Assembly: GCA_964449385.1 (NCBI GenBank)
Contig: CAYUYO010000002.1
Span: 15,414-79,413 of the forward strand
Reading direction: 5' to 3'
Length of the DNA: 64,000 nt
Source of the DNA: an uncultured Candidatus Saccharibacteria bacterium
GTDB lineage: Bacteria > Patescibacteriota > Minisyncoccia > Minisyncoccales > CAYUYO01
Position numbers and translations under genes: made by a program. Below the pieces are notes generated by a model that was given only the letters and a program-made list of their open reading frames with translations, did no database searches and was not told where the DNA came from. This document shows positions 1-10,087 of this stretch, in pieces. Position 1 is the stretch's first letter; every line of letters starts with the position of its first letter.

Positions 1-1
1 A

Positions 2-1411
2 TTAATAAAAAAAGATGATAAAATTATTTCAAAATTGGGAATTAAAACAAAAAAAGAAATAGATGAAATTATTAAAAATTTAGAAGAAACAGAGTACAAA
101 GTAATTGATATTGAAAAAAAAGAAATGAAAAGAAATCCTTTGCCACCCTTTACCACCAGTACTTTACAGCAAGAATCATGGAAAAAATTTCACTTCCCGT
201 CAAAATTCACTATGAGAATTGCCCAACAGCTCTATGAAAAAGGATTTATTACCTATCATCGAACTGACTCTTTAAACCTTTCGGATTTAGCTTTAGAATC
301 TGCAAAAAAATTTATTACTCAAAATTATGGTAAAAATTATTATCAATTCAGAAAATATAAAACGAAAGCCAAGGGTGCACAAGAAGCTCACGAAGCAATC
401 AGACCAAGCTATCCAAATAAAGTTCCAGAATCTCTAAAACTAGACGCTTCTCAATCAAAACTTTACGATTTAATCTGGCGAAGATTTACTGCTTCTCAAA
501 TGGCTCAAGCCGTTTTTGATTTAACAAAAATAGATATTGCTGCTAAGAATTACGTTTTCAGAGCTACTGGCCAAATCTTAAAGTTTGACGGCTTTTTAAA
601 AATTTATCCAATTAAATTCGAAGAAGCCGAATTACCTTTTTTAAAAAAAGATGAAGTTTTAAAATTATTAGAACTTCTCCCTTCTCAACATTTTACAAAA
701 CCTGCGGCAAGATATACCGAAGCTACACTGATTAAAACTTTAGAAGAAGCTGGTATTGGCCGGCCGTCAACTTACGCACCAACAATATCAACAATTCAAG
801 AAAGAAATTATATCGAGAAAAATATAGAGAAAAGGTTTCAGCCAACTGAAATCGGATTAGTTGTAAATGATTTATTAGTTTCCCATTTTCCAAAAATTGT
901 TGATATTAATTTCACGGCTGAAATGGAAAAAAATTTAGATAGAATTTCCGAAGGTGAAAAAAAATGGATTCCTTTGATTAAAGAATTTTATGAACCCTTT
1001 GAAAAAAACTTAGAACGGAAATATCAAGAAATTTCTAAAAAAGAGTTTACTGAAAAACCAACTGAAAAAATTTGTCCTAAATGCGGAGCTCCTTTATTAA
1101 TTAGATTGGGCAAATTTGGAAAATTTTATGCCTGCTCCGGATTTCCAAAATGCAGATATACCGAATCATTAGAAGAAAACAAATTAAAAATAAAATGCCC
1201 TAAATGTAAAGAAGGAGACATTGTAGAAAAAAGAACCAAAAAAGGAAAAATCTTTTACGGCTGTAATCGTTTTCCGAAATGCGATTTTGCTTTATGGGAT
1301 AAACCAACCGGAGAAAAATGCCCGAAGTGTAATTCTCTCTTAGTAGAAACTAAAAGAGGTCAAGTAAAATGCTCTGGAAAAGAATGTAATTATTTGATAA
1401 AAAGAAAATGA
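2..1411 (+). CDS. topA: DNA topoisomerase I, C-terminal portion (5' end lies upstream of the window)
   Basis: Frame is open from nt 2, so the listed Met at 35 is internal. GRPSTYAPTISTIQERNYI motif. Three C-terminal zinc ribbons (CPKCGAPL..CSGFPKC, CPKCKEG..CNRFPKC, CPKCNSL..). TGA stop at 1409-1411. Confidence 0.9.
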   Translation, partial: LIKKDDKIISKLGIKTKKEIDEIIKNLEETEYKVIDIEKKEMKRNPLPPFTTSTLQQESWKKFHFPSKFTMRIAQQLYEKGFITYHRTDSLNLSDLALESAKKFITQNYGKNYYQFRKYKTKAKGAQEAHEAIRPSYPNKVPESLKLDASQSKLYDLIWRRFTASQMAQAVFDLTKIDIAAKNYVFRATGQILKFDGFLKIYPIKFEEAELPFLKKDEVLKLLELLPSQHFTKPAARYTEATLIKTLEEAGIGRPSTYAPTISTIQERNYIEKNIEKRFQPTEIGLVVNDLLVSHFPKIVDINFTAEMEKNLDRISEGEKKWIPLIKEFYEPFEKNLERKYQEISKKEFTEKPTEKICPKCGAPLLIRLGKFGKFYACSGFPKCRYTESLEENKLKIKCPKCKEGDIVEKRTKKGKIFYGCNRFPKCDFALWDKPTGEKCPKCNSLLVETKRGQVKCSGKECNYLIKRK

Positions 1412-1495
1412 GCCGCGGTGACGGAATTGGTTTACGTGCAGAACTCAAAATTCTGTGGGAGAAATCCCATGTGGGTTCGAGTCCCACCCGCGGCA
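1412..1495 (+). tRNA. tRNA-Leu (anticodon CAA), class II with long variable arm, CCA not encoded
   Basis: Acceptor GCCGCGG/CCGCGGC plus discriminator A. Anticodon stem CAGAA/TTCTG with loop CTCAAAA. Variable-arm hairpin TGGGA-GAAA-TCCCA. T arm GTGGG-TTCGAGT-CCCAC. Starts 1 nt after the topA stop and ends 1 nt before the convergent PAP2 stop. Confidence 0.9.
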
Positions 1496-2011
1496 CTATT
1501 TAAAAAACTTCTTAGAAAGAGTGTAGATCAACCAGCCAAAAAATACCCCAATTAAAGCCCCTGCTATTATATCTGAGGGCCAGTGAATACCGCAGAAAAC
1601 TCGAGCAAAAGAAATTATAAAACTGGCAATTAAAAATAGAATGCCAGCCTTTTTATTATAAAAATAGACTACAGTAGATAATGCAAAATAAAAAACAGCG
1701 TGCCCGGAAGGAAAAGAAGAAACGTTAGCATGTTGTAAAAGTAAATTAACTTCATTTCTAACAAAGGGACGAGGCCAATAATAAAACCAATGAATAATAT
1801 TGGCAATAAAAAATCTAGTGAAAATAGCCGCACCAAAAGCCGTAATTACCATTCGCCAATATTTCTTAATATTTTTTAAAAGAAACAAAATAAGAAAAAA
1901 AATTAAAACATAACCGAGGTATTTTGCAAAAAAAACTGCCAGAGCATCTAAAAAAAGAAATTCTCCGGCAAATTGATTTATTTGTTGAAAAATATAAAAA
2001 TCAAGATTCAT
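1496..2011 (-). CDS. PAP2-family membrane phosphatase (undecaprenyl-diphosphate/phosphatidic acid phosphatase type)
   Basis: Three acid-phosphatase motifs: YWPRPFV (KxxxxxxRP-like), FPSGHAV (PSGH), FARVFCGIHWPSDIIAG (SRxxxxxHxxxD). Several hydrophobic helices. Confidence 0.8.
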   Translation of the reverse strand: MNLDFYIFQQINQFAGEFLFLDALAVFFAKYLGYVLIFFLILFLLKNIKKYWRMVITAFGAAIFTRFFIANIIHWFYYWPRPFVRNEVNLLLQHANVSSFPSGHAVFYFALSTVVYFYNKKAGILFLIASFIISFARVFCGIHWPSDIIAGALIGVFFGWLIYTLSKKFFK

Positions 2012-2855
2012 TTGATTTGTTTAATTCTACTAAGTTTTCAAGTAAAGAAACGACAGTCATCGGTCCTACACCACCCGGAACAGGCGTAATATAACTTGCT
2101 TTTTTAGAAACTTCTTTGAAATCAACATCACCGATCACTTTTCCATTTCTTTGACTTATTCCGGCGTCAATTACAACTGCTCCTTTTTTTATCATATTAC
2201 TTTTTATTAAGTTTGGCTTACCAACTCCCGAAATTAAAATATCGGCTTTATTTGTAAAAAAAGAAATGTTTTTAGTAAATTCGTTCAAAACTAAAAGAGT
2301 TGCTTTTTCTTTTAAAAGTTGAAGATTTAAAGGTAAACCAATTAATCTCCCCGCCCCTATAATAACAACATTTTTGCCTTTTAGTTTAATTTTATAATTC
2401 TTTAAAAGAGATAAAATACCTTTAACTATCGGCGGTAAAATTTTTAATTTCCCTTGATAAAATTTTCCCAAACTCTTTTCCGATAAAATATCAACATCTT
2501 TTTCTTCAGGAATTAGATTTAAAAAGTCATCGGCTAAGAATTGTTTCGGCAAAGGAAGCTGAATAATTATCCCAGAATTAAGAGGATTTTTAATAATTTC
2601 TTTAATTTTCTTTTTAAGTCGATCTTTTTCGATTTTTTTATCAAATTGATATAACTTAAAACCTATACCAATTTTTTCAGCAACTTTTTTCTTTTGGCCG
2701 ATAAAGACTTCAGAAATATAATTTCGACCTATTTGAATCACGGCTAATCTTAGTTTTAGCTTAGATTTTCCAAGCTTTTTTTTGAGATGAACTAAAAATT
2801 TTTTTGATAACTCGGTACCTTTAAGTAATTTCACTGAATTGGAAACTTTTGACAA
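2001..2855 (-). CDS. folD: bifunctional methylenetetrahydrofolate dehydrogenase/cyclohydrolase
   Basis: C-terminal PVPGGVGPMTV signature, Rossmann loop VVIIGAGRLIGLPL, typical 284 aa length; adjacent to glyA. Confidence 0.85.
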   Translation of the reverse strand: MSKVSNSVKLLKGTELSKKFLVHLKKKLGKSKLKLRLAVIQIGRNYISEVFIGQKKKVAEKIGIGFKLYQFDKKIEKDRLKKKIKEIIKNPLNSGIIIQLPLPKQFLADDFLNLIPEEKDVDILSEKSLGKFYQGKLKILPPIVKGILSLLKNYKIKLKGKNVVIIGAGRLIGLPLNLQLLKEKATLLVLNEFTKNISFFTNKADILISGVGKPNLIKSNMIKKGAVVIDAGISQRNGKVIGDVDFKEVSKKASYITPVPGGVGPMTVVSLLENLVELNKSNES

Positions 2856-4069
2856 AGTTTTTTAACTTCTTTTTTAACTTTGGAAAAAGACTTAGAATTA
2901 AAAATAATCTCATTTATCAAAAAAGCAATTTTCTTCATTTCTTTTTCTTTCATTCCCCGGCTAGTTAAAGCAGGTGTACCTAACCTAATTCCTGAAGGAT
3001 CAAAAGGAGAGCGAATATCATAAGGAACAGTATTTTTGTTAATAATTATATTGGCTTTTTCTAATAAATTTTGTGCTTTTCCTCCTGTAATATTTTTATT
3101 GGTCAAATCAATTAAAATTAAATGATTGTCGGTTCCCCCAGAAATCAAATTAAAATTATATTTTTTAAGTTCAATGGCTAAAACTTTGGCATTTTTAATA
3201 ACTTGCCAAGCATATTTTTTAAATCTGGGGGTTAGAGCTTCTTTTAGGGTTACACCAATAGCGCAAATTGTATGTTCGTGAGGACCGCCTTGAAGTCCTG
3301 GAAAAACTTTTGAAAAAATCTTTTTTTCTAATTCTTTTCTACAAATAATAATAGCTCCTCTTGGTCCTCGTAAAGTTTTATGAGTCGTAGTAGTCACAAC
3401 GTCGGCAAAAGGAAAAGGACTTGGATGACATTTTCCAGCAATCAAACCTGCAATATGAGCAATATCAGCCAAGAAATAGGCATTAATATTTGAAGCAATT
3501 TTCCCAAACTTTCTAAAATCAACTTTTCTTGGATAGGCCGAAAATCCTGCAATAATCAATTTTGGTTTTTCTTTTTTAGCTATTTTTTCAATTTCTTTAT
3601 AATTCAGAAAACCGTTTTTATCTAAAAAATAATTAACGATTTTGAAGTCTTTTCCGGCTACAGAAACCGGTGCGCCATGGCTTAAATGCCCTCCATGAGC
3701 TAAAGTTAAACTCATAATTTTATCGCCTGGTTCTAAAAGTCCACGCAAGACAGCATAATTTGCTGGAGATCCTGAATAGGGCTGAACATTAACCGCCCAT
3801 TTTTTAGAATTCAACTCAAAAATTTTTCTTGCTCTATCCTCAACTAATGTTTCTAGTTTATCAATATTTTCCAATCCCCCATAATATCTTTTATAAGGTC
3901 TTCCTTCAGCATACTTGAAAACAAAAACCGAACTCAAAGCTTCTCTTACTGTTTTTGAAGGATAATTTTCCGAGGCAATTAAACATAAAGTGTCTTCCTG
4001 GCGCTTTTCTTCGTCCTTAATAAGCTTAGCTATTTTAGGATCAATTTTTTTTATTATTTTGATGTCCAT
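2831..4069 (-). CDS. glyA: serine hydroxymethyltransferase
   Basis: PLP-lysine motif TTTTHKTLRGPRG, LIASENY, GGHLSHG; full-length 412 aa. Confidence 0.95.
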   Translation of the reverse strand: MDIKIIKKIDPKIAKLIKDEEKRQEDTLCLIASENYPSKTVREALSSVFVFKYAEGRPYKRYYGGLENIDKLETLVEDRARKIFELNSKKWAVNVQPYSGSPANYAVLRGLLEPGDKIMSLTLAHGGHLSHGAPVSVAGKDFKIVNYFLDKNGFLNYKEIEKIAKKEKPKLIIAGFSAYPRKVDFRKFGKIASNINAYFLADIAHIAGLIAGKCHPSPFPFADVVTTTTHKTLRGPRGAIIICRKELEKKIFSKVFPGLQGGPHEHTICAIGVTLKEALTPRFKKYAWQVIKNAKVLAIELKKYNFNLISGGTDNHLILIDLTNKNITGGKAQNLLEKANIIINKNTVPYDIRSPFDPSGIRLGTPALTSRGMKEKEMKKIAFLINEIIFNSKSFSKVKKEVKKLCQKFPIQ

Positions 4070-5265
4070 ATTTTTTTAAATTTTAATTTTGGAGGTATCC
4101 CTAAAAACATAAAACCTAAAGACATTACTGCTGCTATTATAAAAGAAATATTTATTTTTGGAAAGACAAAGAATATTCCAGCCAAAATTATAAAGAAAAG
4201 AGATCTGGAAATATTTATAATTATTTCTCGATAAACAATAAATTCATCTGCTTCTGCGCCCTTTAGAAATGTTTTTTCATAAAAAAGAGTTTGAAAAGGA
4301 ATACTGGATGAGGTTCGACAAATTCCGTAAATAGCATGAGCTAAAAAAGCGTCAAATGGAGTTACTACAAAATATTTTATTATCCAAGCCATAGAAGTTA
4401 GAAAAGAGCCAATATTTAAAAACCAGACTCGATTAATAATTTTATCAGAAATCTTGCCCATATATAAAGTAAATAAAGCAGTCATTCCTAAAGCAAAAGT
4501 AGTAATTCCTCCCATCTGAGTATAGCTGATAGCTAAAATAAACATAAACAATGGCCAGAGATAACTATTAATTCCTACTTCCATAGCACTAGCAGCAAAA
4601 GCTAAATTAGTTTTTCTGTTTTCTTTTTTAAAAATTCTCTTCCAGGCTTTTTGATAAGAATCACTATAAATAACGTGAACTTCTTTTGAAAGAAAAAGAG
4701 GAATAGAAGAAGCAAAAAGCAATACTAAAACCGCAATAAATAAACCGGAATAATCAGCAGAGGTTAAAATTAAACCACCAATAATTGGAGCAATAATAGT
4801 CGGGATAGAAAAGGCAATATTCATTTTTCCTACTATCTGGCCCTGATATCCTTTTTCCGAAAAACGAACAAAATCAGTATGAAAAGCTGGCCAGAAAAGA
4901 GTCATCCCTATTGCGCACAAAACTATGGATAAAGGTATTAGTAAAGGAGAATTATAAATAAAAAATAAAGATAAATAATAACCAAAAAAGAAAAAATGGC
5001 TTAAAAGCATACTACGTCTTAAGCTAATTTTAGCCATTATTTTTCCTCCATAAACCGCTAATAAGCCATAAAGACCATAGATTGCAGCAAAAAATAATAA
5101 GGTTTGAGAAAGAGATTTTCCAAAATAAAGATATAGATAAATCGGCTCAAAAATTAAAACCATTCCGAAAGCTAAAGAACGGATAGCAATACTGGTAAAA
5201 AACTGAGTGGATTTTCTTCTCAAAAAATAATTAAGAAACTGAACGGGCGAAAGATAAAAAGGCAT
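4054..5265 (-). CDS. polytopic membrane transporter, MFS-like
   Basis: About 11-12 hydrophobic helices over 403 aa, with no soluble domain. Family assignment rests on topology only. Confidence 0.5.
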   Translation of the reverse strand: MPFYLSPVQFLNYFLRRKSTQFFTSIAIRSLAFGMVLIFEPIYLYLYFGKSLSQTLLFFAAIYGLYGLLAVYGGKIMAKISLRRSMLLSHFFFFGYYLSLFFIYNSPLLIPLSIVLCAIGMTLFWPAFHTDFVRFSEKGYQGQIVGKMNIAFSIPTIIAPIIGGLILTSADYSGLFIAVLVLLFASSIPLFLSKEVHVIYSDSYQKAWKRIFKKENRKTNLAFAASAMEVGINSYLWPLFMFILAISYTQMGGITTFALGMTALFTLYMGKISDKIINRVWFLNIGSFLTSMAWIIKYFVVTPFDAFLAHAIYGICRTSSSIPFQTLFYEKTFLKGAEADEFIVYREIIINISRSLFFIILAGIFFVFPKINISFIIAAVMSLGFMFLGIPPKLKFKKIWTSK

Positions 5266-5276
5266 ATTTAAAAATA

Positions 5277-6224
5277 TTAATTGATTTTTATCTGCTCTAT
5301 GGCTAATTTTACTGCTCCAATTACTGATTCTTGTTTTAGTTTAATAAATTCTACTTTAGGAGCAAATTTTTTAATTTCTTTTTTTACCATATCTAAAACA
5401 ATTTTTGATTTGAATACTCCTCCTGCCAATACTAATGGAAATTTTTTGTTTTTCAAGTTTAATTTTTTAATATTTTGATTTCCAGCTAAAGCTAAGTCTT
5501 TAGCGGCCTCAGTTAAAATATTTCTAGCAATTTTATCTCCCATTTCCGCTGCTTTATTTACTACAGGTGATATTGAAGCAATAATTTTTACTGCCTCTGG
5601 TTGATAAATTTTTCTTATTAAATCCCCTTCATTTTTTATTTTTAATTTTTTAAAAATAAGATTAGTAAGTAGGGTCTTTGGCCCCATTTCATCAATTGAA
5701 CAGCAAACCGCCCTAAGAGCACTTTGTCCTATACAAAAACCACTCCCCTTATCTCCTAAGAGATAGTCCCAACCAAGAGTTTTTTCTTCTTTCTTTTGAT
5801 TCCAGCCATAACTAAGAGAACCTGTTCCAGAAATAATAAGAATTCCATCTTTTTTATTAGTTCCTGCACGAAATTCAGCCTTTTCATCTCCTTCTATTAT
5901 TAATTTTTCTCTAAAAATAAATAGAAGTTCAAGATTTTTTTTCAGAACATTTTTTATTTGTTTTTTTATTAATGGATTTCTTTGAGCTCCCCCAGCTAAA
6001 GCAATATAAATTGAAATAATTTTTGCTTTTCTAAAATTTTTATTTACTCTTAAAATTGCGGAACTAATTTCCCTAGCTGCTGCTGCTATACCTATTTTAT
6101 TAGGATTGGATGATTTAGTTTCGGCTTTAACTAAAATTTTTCCTTTTAAGTTGGCCAAAGCAGCTACAGTTTTTGTTCCACCAGTATCAATTCCAATTAC
6201 ATATTTTTGACTTTTTGAAATCAT
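5277..6224 (-). CDS. BadF/BadG/BcrA/BcrD-type ATPase (N-acetylglucosamine kinase-like)
   Basis: ASKHA phosphate-1 loop GIDTGGTKT, ILIISGTGS motif, LAGGV near the C-terminus. Confidence 0.7.
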   Translation of the reverse strand: MISKSQKYVIGIDTGGTKTVAALANLKGKILVKAETKSSNPNKIGIAAAAREISSAILRVNKNFRKAKIISIYIALAGGAQRNPLIKKQIKNVLKKNLELLFIFREKLIIEGDEKAEFRAGTNKKDGILIISGTGSLSYGWNQKKEEKTLGWDYLLGDKGSGFCIGQSALRAVCCSIDEMGPKTLLTNLIFKKLKIKNEGDLIRKIYQPEAVKIIASISPVVNKAAEMGDKIARNILTEAAKDLALAGNQNIKKLNLKNKKFPLVLAGGVFKSKIVLDMVKKEIKKFAPKVEFIKLKQESVIGAVKLAIEQIKIN

Positions 6225-7282
6225 ATTTTCAAATTAGCATCAGCATTAATTTTTTCTAAATTAAATGTTGCTTTATTTTTATGATAAAAGGCAGTTATTC
6301 CTACCATTACTGCATTGTCGGTACAAAATTTAGAATCTGGAACATGAAATTTAATATGCGACGGAGGAGCTACGAGAGTAACACAGTCTTTTTTCACTCT
6401 TTTTTCAAACTGCTTTTTTAATTCAGTATTGGCAGAAACACCACCACCAAGTATTACTGATTTTACTTTATAATCTTTAGCTGCTTTTATTGTTTTTTTA
6501 ATTAAAACATCGATTATCGCCTGTTGAGTTTCAAAACACATTTCTTTAATATAAACTTTTGATTTTCTATCTTTCAAGGAATGTTTTTTAAAATCATACA
6601 AAACTGCCGTTTTTAATCCAGAAAAGCTAAAATCACAGTTTTTTTGATAAATCATCGGTCTAGGAAGATTAATTTTATATTCTGTATTTAATATTTCATA
6701 TTCTGCAGCCTTTACTGCAATTTTAGGGCCACCTGGATAACCTAACCCCAAGATTCTAGCTACTTTATCAAAACATTCACCTGCAGCATCATCTCTTGTT
6801 TCGCCAATCAATTTATACTTACCGATATTTTTCATTAAAATTAAACCGGTATGACCGCCGCTTACTACTAAACACATCGCTGGAAAAATTTCTTGAAAAT
6901 TAAAATAAATAAAATTCGCAAGTATGTGAGCTTCAATATGATTAACCGGAATAATTGGAAGATCAAATCTTTTTGCTAAATCTTTAGCAAAGTTTATGCC
7001 TTGCCATAAACAAGGTTCTAATCCAGGTCCTACAGTTACGGCAATCAAATCAATCTGAGAATTTTTAGCTTTAGTCAAAGCTTTTTTAAATGCTAACGGC
7101 AAATTTTTCTGATGCTCTCTTTTCGCTATAGTAGGATAAACCCCTCCATATTTTGCATGAAGCTTTACCTGCGAGAAAATAATATTAGAAAGAATTTCAA
7201 ATTGTGGGTTTTGTTTTCCTTTTGTCTTAATAATTGCAATACAAGTATCATCGCATGAAGTTTCAATAGCAAGAATTATCAT
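6221..7282 (-). CDS. tsaD: tRNA N6-adenosine threonylcarbamoyltransferase
   Basis: ETSCDDT, NHIEAHI metal site, VSGGHT, GGGVSAN motifs of Kae1/TsaD. Confidence 0.95.
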   Translation of the reverse strand: MIILAIETSCDDTCIAIIKTKGKQNPQFEILSNIIFSQVKLHAKYGGVYPTIAKREHQKNLPLAFKKALTKAKNSQIDLIAVTVGPGLEPCLWQGINFAKDLAKRFDLPIIPVNHIEAHILANFIYFNFQEIFPAMCLVVSGGHTGLILMKNIGKYKLIGETRDDAAGECFDKVARILGLGYPGGPKIAVKAAEYEILNTEYKINLPRPMIYQKNCDFSFSGLKTAVLYDFKKHSLKDRKSKVYIKEMCFETQQAIIDVLIKKTIKAAKDYKVKSVILGGGVSANTELKKQFEKRVKKDCVTLVAPPSHIKFHVPDSKFCTDNAVMVGITAFYHKNKATFNLEKINADANLKI

Positions 7283-7890
7283 ATTCTTAAAATTTTTGGT
7301 GGAAGAATTGTTAAGTCAATAACCATTGAAGCTTTCTCAGACAATCTCCCAGCGTTCACTATTAAATCTGGCTGATGTTTACTTTCTTTAAATTGTTGTA
7401 AAACTTTTCCAAAAATACCAGAAGAAGGTTTCCCGGAAATATTTGCTGAAGTCCCAACTAATGGCTTATTTAATTCTTCTAATAAAAAATTAATTAGCTT
7501 AAAATCAGGAATTCTGAGAGCAATAGTTTTTTTCTCAACTCCATATAATTTAATCTTAGTCTTCTTTCTTTCTAAAATAACCGTTACTTTCCCAGGCCAA
7601 ACTAATTTCAGAAATTTTTCCTGTTTTTTATCAATTTTGGCTATTTTTTTTGCCATTTTTATATCTTTTACAAAAACAGGAATAGGTTTCTTAATGCTTC
7701 GCTTTTTAATTTTAAAATTTTTCTCAACCGCTTTTTTATTTGTTGCATCGCATATCAATCCGTAAATTGTATCAGTAGGACAAATTATAACTTTTCCTTG
7801 CTTAATCGATTCTATAACTATCTTAACTGTTTTTTTAAAGTTTTTCTGATGTACTTTCAACATTTTTAAAAACAATTGAGCCTGGACCAA
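7279..7890 (-). CDS. tsaC: L-threonylcarbamoyladenylate synthase (YrdC/Sua5 domain)
   Basis: CPTDTIYGL and GTSANISG motifs. The listed start overlaps the upstream gene by 56 nt, so an internal Met (MLKVHQ..) may be the real start. Confidence 0.85.
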   Translation of the reverse strand: MVQAQLFLKMLKVHQKNFKKTVKIVIESIKQGKVIICPTDTIYGLICDATNKKAVEKNFKIKKRSIKKPIPVFVKDIKMAKKIAKIDKKQEKFLKLVWPGKVTVILERKKTKIKLYGVEKKTIALRIPDFKLINFLLEELNKPLVGTSANISGKPSSGIFGKVLQQFKESKHQPDLIVNAGRLSEKASMVIDLTILPPKILRI

Positions 7891-9058
7891 TTAAACAATT
7901 AGGACCGATTAAAATACCTGGCATTAGAGAACAATTAATTCCGGTTTTTGAATTCTCTCCCATAATCACGCCTAAAAAACCAGTACCAGTACCAATTTTT
8001 TCTCCTTTGATAATTGATTTTACCTCACCCCTGTCAATTCTGACATTAGCAGTTATTGTTCCTGCTCCTATTCTACAACCTTTACTAAAAATTGAGTCGC
8101 CAAAATAACCTGAATGGGTATGAACATTTTCTTGAAAAATAGAACGAGTAACTTCGGCCAAAGCACCAATTAAACAATTATTTTCTAAATTAGTATATTC
8201 TCTAATCAAACTATTATTCCCAACAACACAATCATCACCAATATAACAAGGTCCCTTGACTACTACTCCTTCAAAGATTTTAGTGTTTTTACCAATATTA
8301 ACTTTTCCTTCAATGGTTACATTTTTGGAAATCTTAGCTGATTTTTCAATTTTTGGCCTTAGATATTTATCCATCAATTCCTTATTTACTTTTAATAAAT
8401 CCCAAGGATATTTTAAAGAAGCAGGCTCCTTCTCAGTTATTACCACTCTTACTTCTTTTTCTTTCATATATAAAGAGAGAGCATATTCAAAAGCATACAT
8501 ATGTTCGGGAGCTTTTTGATAATAATCTAAAAATTCTTTCGGTAAAAAATATATTCCTATTGCTTTTATTTCTGATGGTTCCTTCCCTTTTTCTGGTTTT
8601 TCAATTATATTTTTAGCCCTATCTTTTTCCAAATCTAAAATCCCATAAAATTGAGGGTTGTCGGTTTTTGCCCCTAGTAAGATAAGTTTAGCTCCTGATA
8701 ATTTTTGTTTTTCTAAAATTAATTTAATATAATTTCCGCAATCAAATCTTTCAGCATTCAAAACAAAAAATTGCTCTGGCAAAAGATCCTTGGTCTGAAA
8801 AAGAGCATCTCCCATTCCTTTTGCTTCGGGCTGAACAACATATTTAATATCAACTCCTAAATCATAGTTTTTTAACTCTTGCTCAATATCTTTTTGAGGT
8901 CCCTGAACAATAATAACATCTTTAACACCGACTTTTTTAAAACTCTCAATAGTATACCAAATCAAAGGTTTTCCCATTATTTTCAAAAGAGATTTATGTT
9001 TTAAATTTAAGGGCCAAAATCTTGAGGATTGACCCGCTGCTAAAACTATTACTTGCAT
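7835..9058 (-). CDS. bifunctional sugar-1-phosphate nucleotidyltransferase/acetyltransferase (archaeal-type GlmU-like)
   Basis: N-terminal NTP-transferase loop [14 protein letters not shown]-terminal left-handed beta-helix hexapeptide repeats ([35 protein letters not shown]). Confidence 0.8.
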   Translation of the reverse strand: MQVIVLAAGQSSRFWPLNLKHKSLLKIMGKPLIWYTIESFKKVGVKDVIIVQGPQKDIEQELKNYDLGVDIKYVVQPEAKGMGDALFQTKDLLPEQFFVLNAERFDCGNYIKLILEKQKLSGAKLILLGAKTDNPQFYGILDLEKDRAKNIIEKPEKGKEPSEIKAIGIYFLPKEFLDYYQKAPEHMYAFEYALSLYMKEKEVRVVITEKEPASLKYPWDLLKVNKELMDKYLRPKIEKSAKISKNVTIEGKVNIGKNTKIFEGVVVKGPCYIGDDCVVGNNSLIREYTNLENNCLIGALAEVTRSIFQENVHTHSGYFGDSIFSKGCRIGAGTITANVRIDRGEVKSIIKGEKIGTGTGFLGVIMGENSKTGINCSLMPGILIGPNCLIGPGSIVFKNVESTSEKL

Positions 9059-10053
9059 AGGTTTAGAATTATTTTTGCTAATTTGTTTGACTGGTGAAGA
9101 ATCATTGTTCTTTTATTGGCTTTTTTAACAAGCGTGTCAACAGGATTTAACTTATGAATCTGGCGATCTATAAGATCTTGCCCGATGAAATTCTTCCTCT
9201 TTAATAAAGCTTCATCATATTTAATAAAATCTGCTCCAGGGAAAACTTTTCTTACTTCTTCAATTTGCTTTTTTAATAATTTACCTGTGTTAAAAATAAC
9301 ATAATCAATAATATTTTTACCTAAATATTTTTCTAAAATTATTAGGAAATCTTCTACTTTAAAACCGTCGGTATTCCCTATCTGGGTCATTAAATTACAA
9401 ACAAAAACTTTTTTAGCTCGAGATTTCTGAATAGCTTTTGAAACGTCTTTAACTAAAAAATTAGGTAGAATACTGGTATAAAATTTTCCTGGAGCAATAA
9501 TAATTAAATCTGCCTTTTTTATTGCTGAAATTGCTTTAGGATTGGGTTTAACATCAGGCTTTAAAAATAATTTTTTAACACCAATTTTGGATAAATAAGA
9601 ACAATTTATAATTTCTTCTTCTTCTTTTATTTTTTTATTATTTTTTAATACAGCTACAATATCTGCTTTTTCTAAAGTTACTGGAACTATTTTGCCGGTA
9701 AGCTTTAAAATTTTAGCTATTTTATCTATGGCCTTATCTATTGTACCAGTAATTCCTATTGCTGCTGCAATTAAAAGATTGCCAAAATTATGTCCTATCA
9801 ACCCACCTTTGCCGAACCTGTAATAAAAAAAAGGTGTTAAGTTTTTCTCATTAGATAAAGTAACCAAACATTGTCTAACATCTCCTAAAGGTAAAATACC
9901 AAGTTCTCTTCTTAACTTCCCGCTTGAGCCTCCGCTATCAAACATAGTAACTATAGCAGTTAAATCTAAAGGATATTTTTTAAATCCAGATAAAACCACT
10001 GAAACGCCTGTTCCTCCGCCCAAACAGACAATTTTTTTAATCTTTTTTGACAT
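9049..10053 (-). CDS. yvcK: YvcK/GlmR (CofD-like) family protein
   Basis: N-terminal GGGTG loop, [15 protein letters not shown] patterns typical of the YvcK/CofD family; 334 aa. Confidence 0.8.
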   Translation of the reverse strand: MSKKIKKIVCLGGGTGVSVVLSGFKKYPLDLTAIVTMFDSGGSSGKLRRELGILPLGDVRQCLVTLSNEKNLTPFFYYRFGKGGLIGHNFGNLLIAAAIGITGTIDKAIDKIAKILKLTGKIVPVTLEKADIVAVLKNNKKIKEEEEIINCSYLSKIGVKKLFLKPDVKPNPKAISAIKKADLIIIAPGKFYTSILPNFLVKDVSKAIQKSRAKKVFVCNLMTQIGNTDGFKVEDFLIILEKYLGKNIIDYVIFNTGKLLKKQIEEVRKVFPGADFIKYDEALLKRKNFIGQDLIDRQIHKLNPVDTLVKKANKRTMILHQSNKLAKIILNLCK

Positions 10054-10087
10054 ATCTCATTTTTTATTGTAAAGTAAATCAGCAAAT

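Noticed and set aside
5281-5478. 65-aa plus-strand ORF inside the BadF-like kinase gene. The same applies to similar antisense or out-of-frame ORFs at 8256-8519, 8353-8616, 10108-10329, 10726-10956, 12030-12410, 16411-16773, 17639-17845, 33510-33701, 39981-40175, 40868-41050, 41190-41390, 44930-45181, 45341-45676, 46528-46761, 47288-47539, 56811-57137, 58425-58652, 59284-59469, 59866-60132, 60337-60588, 61097-61339 and 63445-63663.
   Set aside because: Each lies wholly or mostly within a longer ORF that has clear family motifs. Their translations are low-complexity (Phe/Ile/Leu/Ser/Lys-rich), as expected for shadow frames in AT-rich DNA. None has a recognisable motif.
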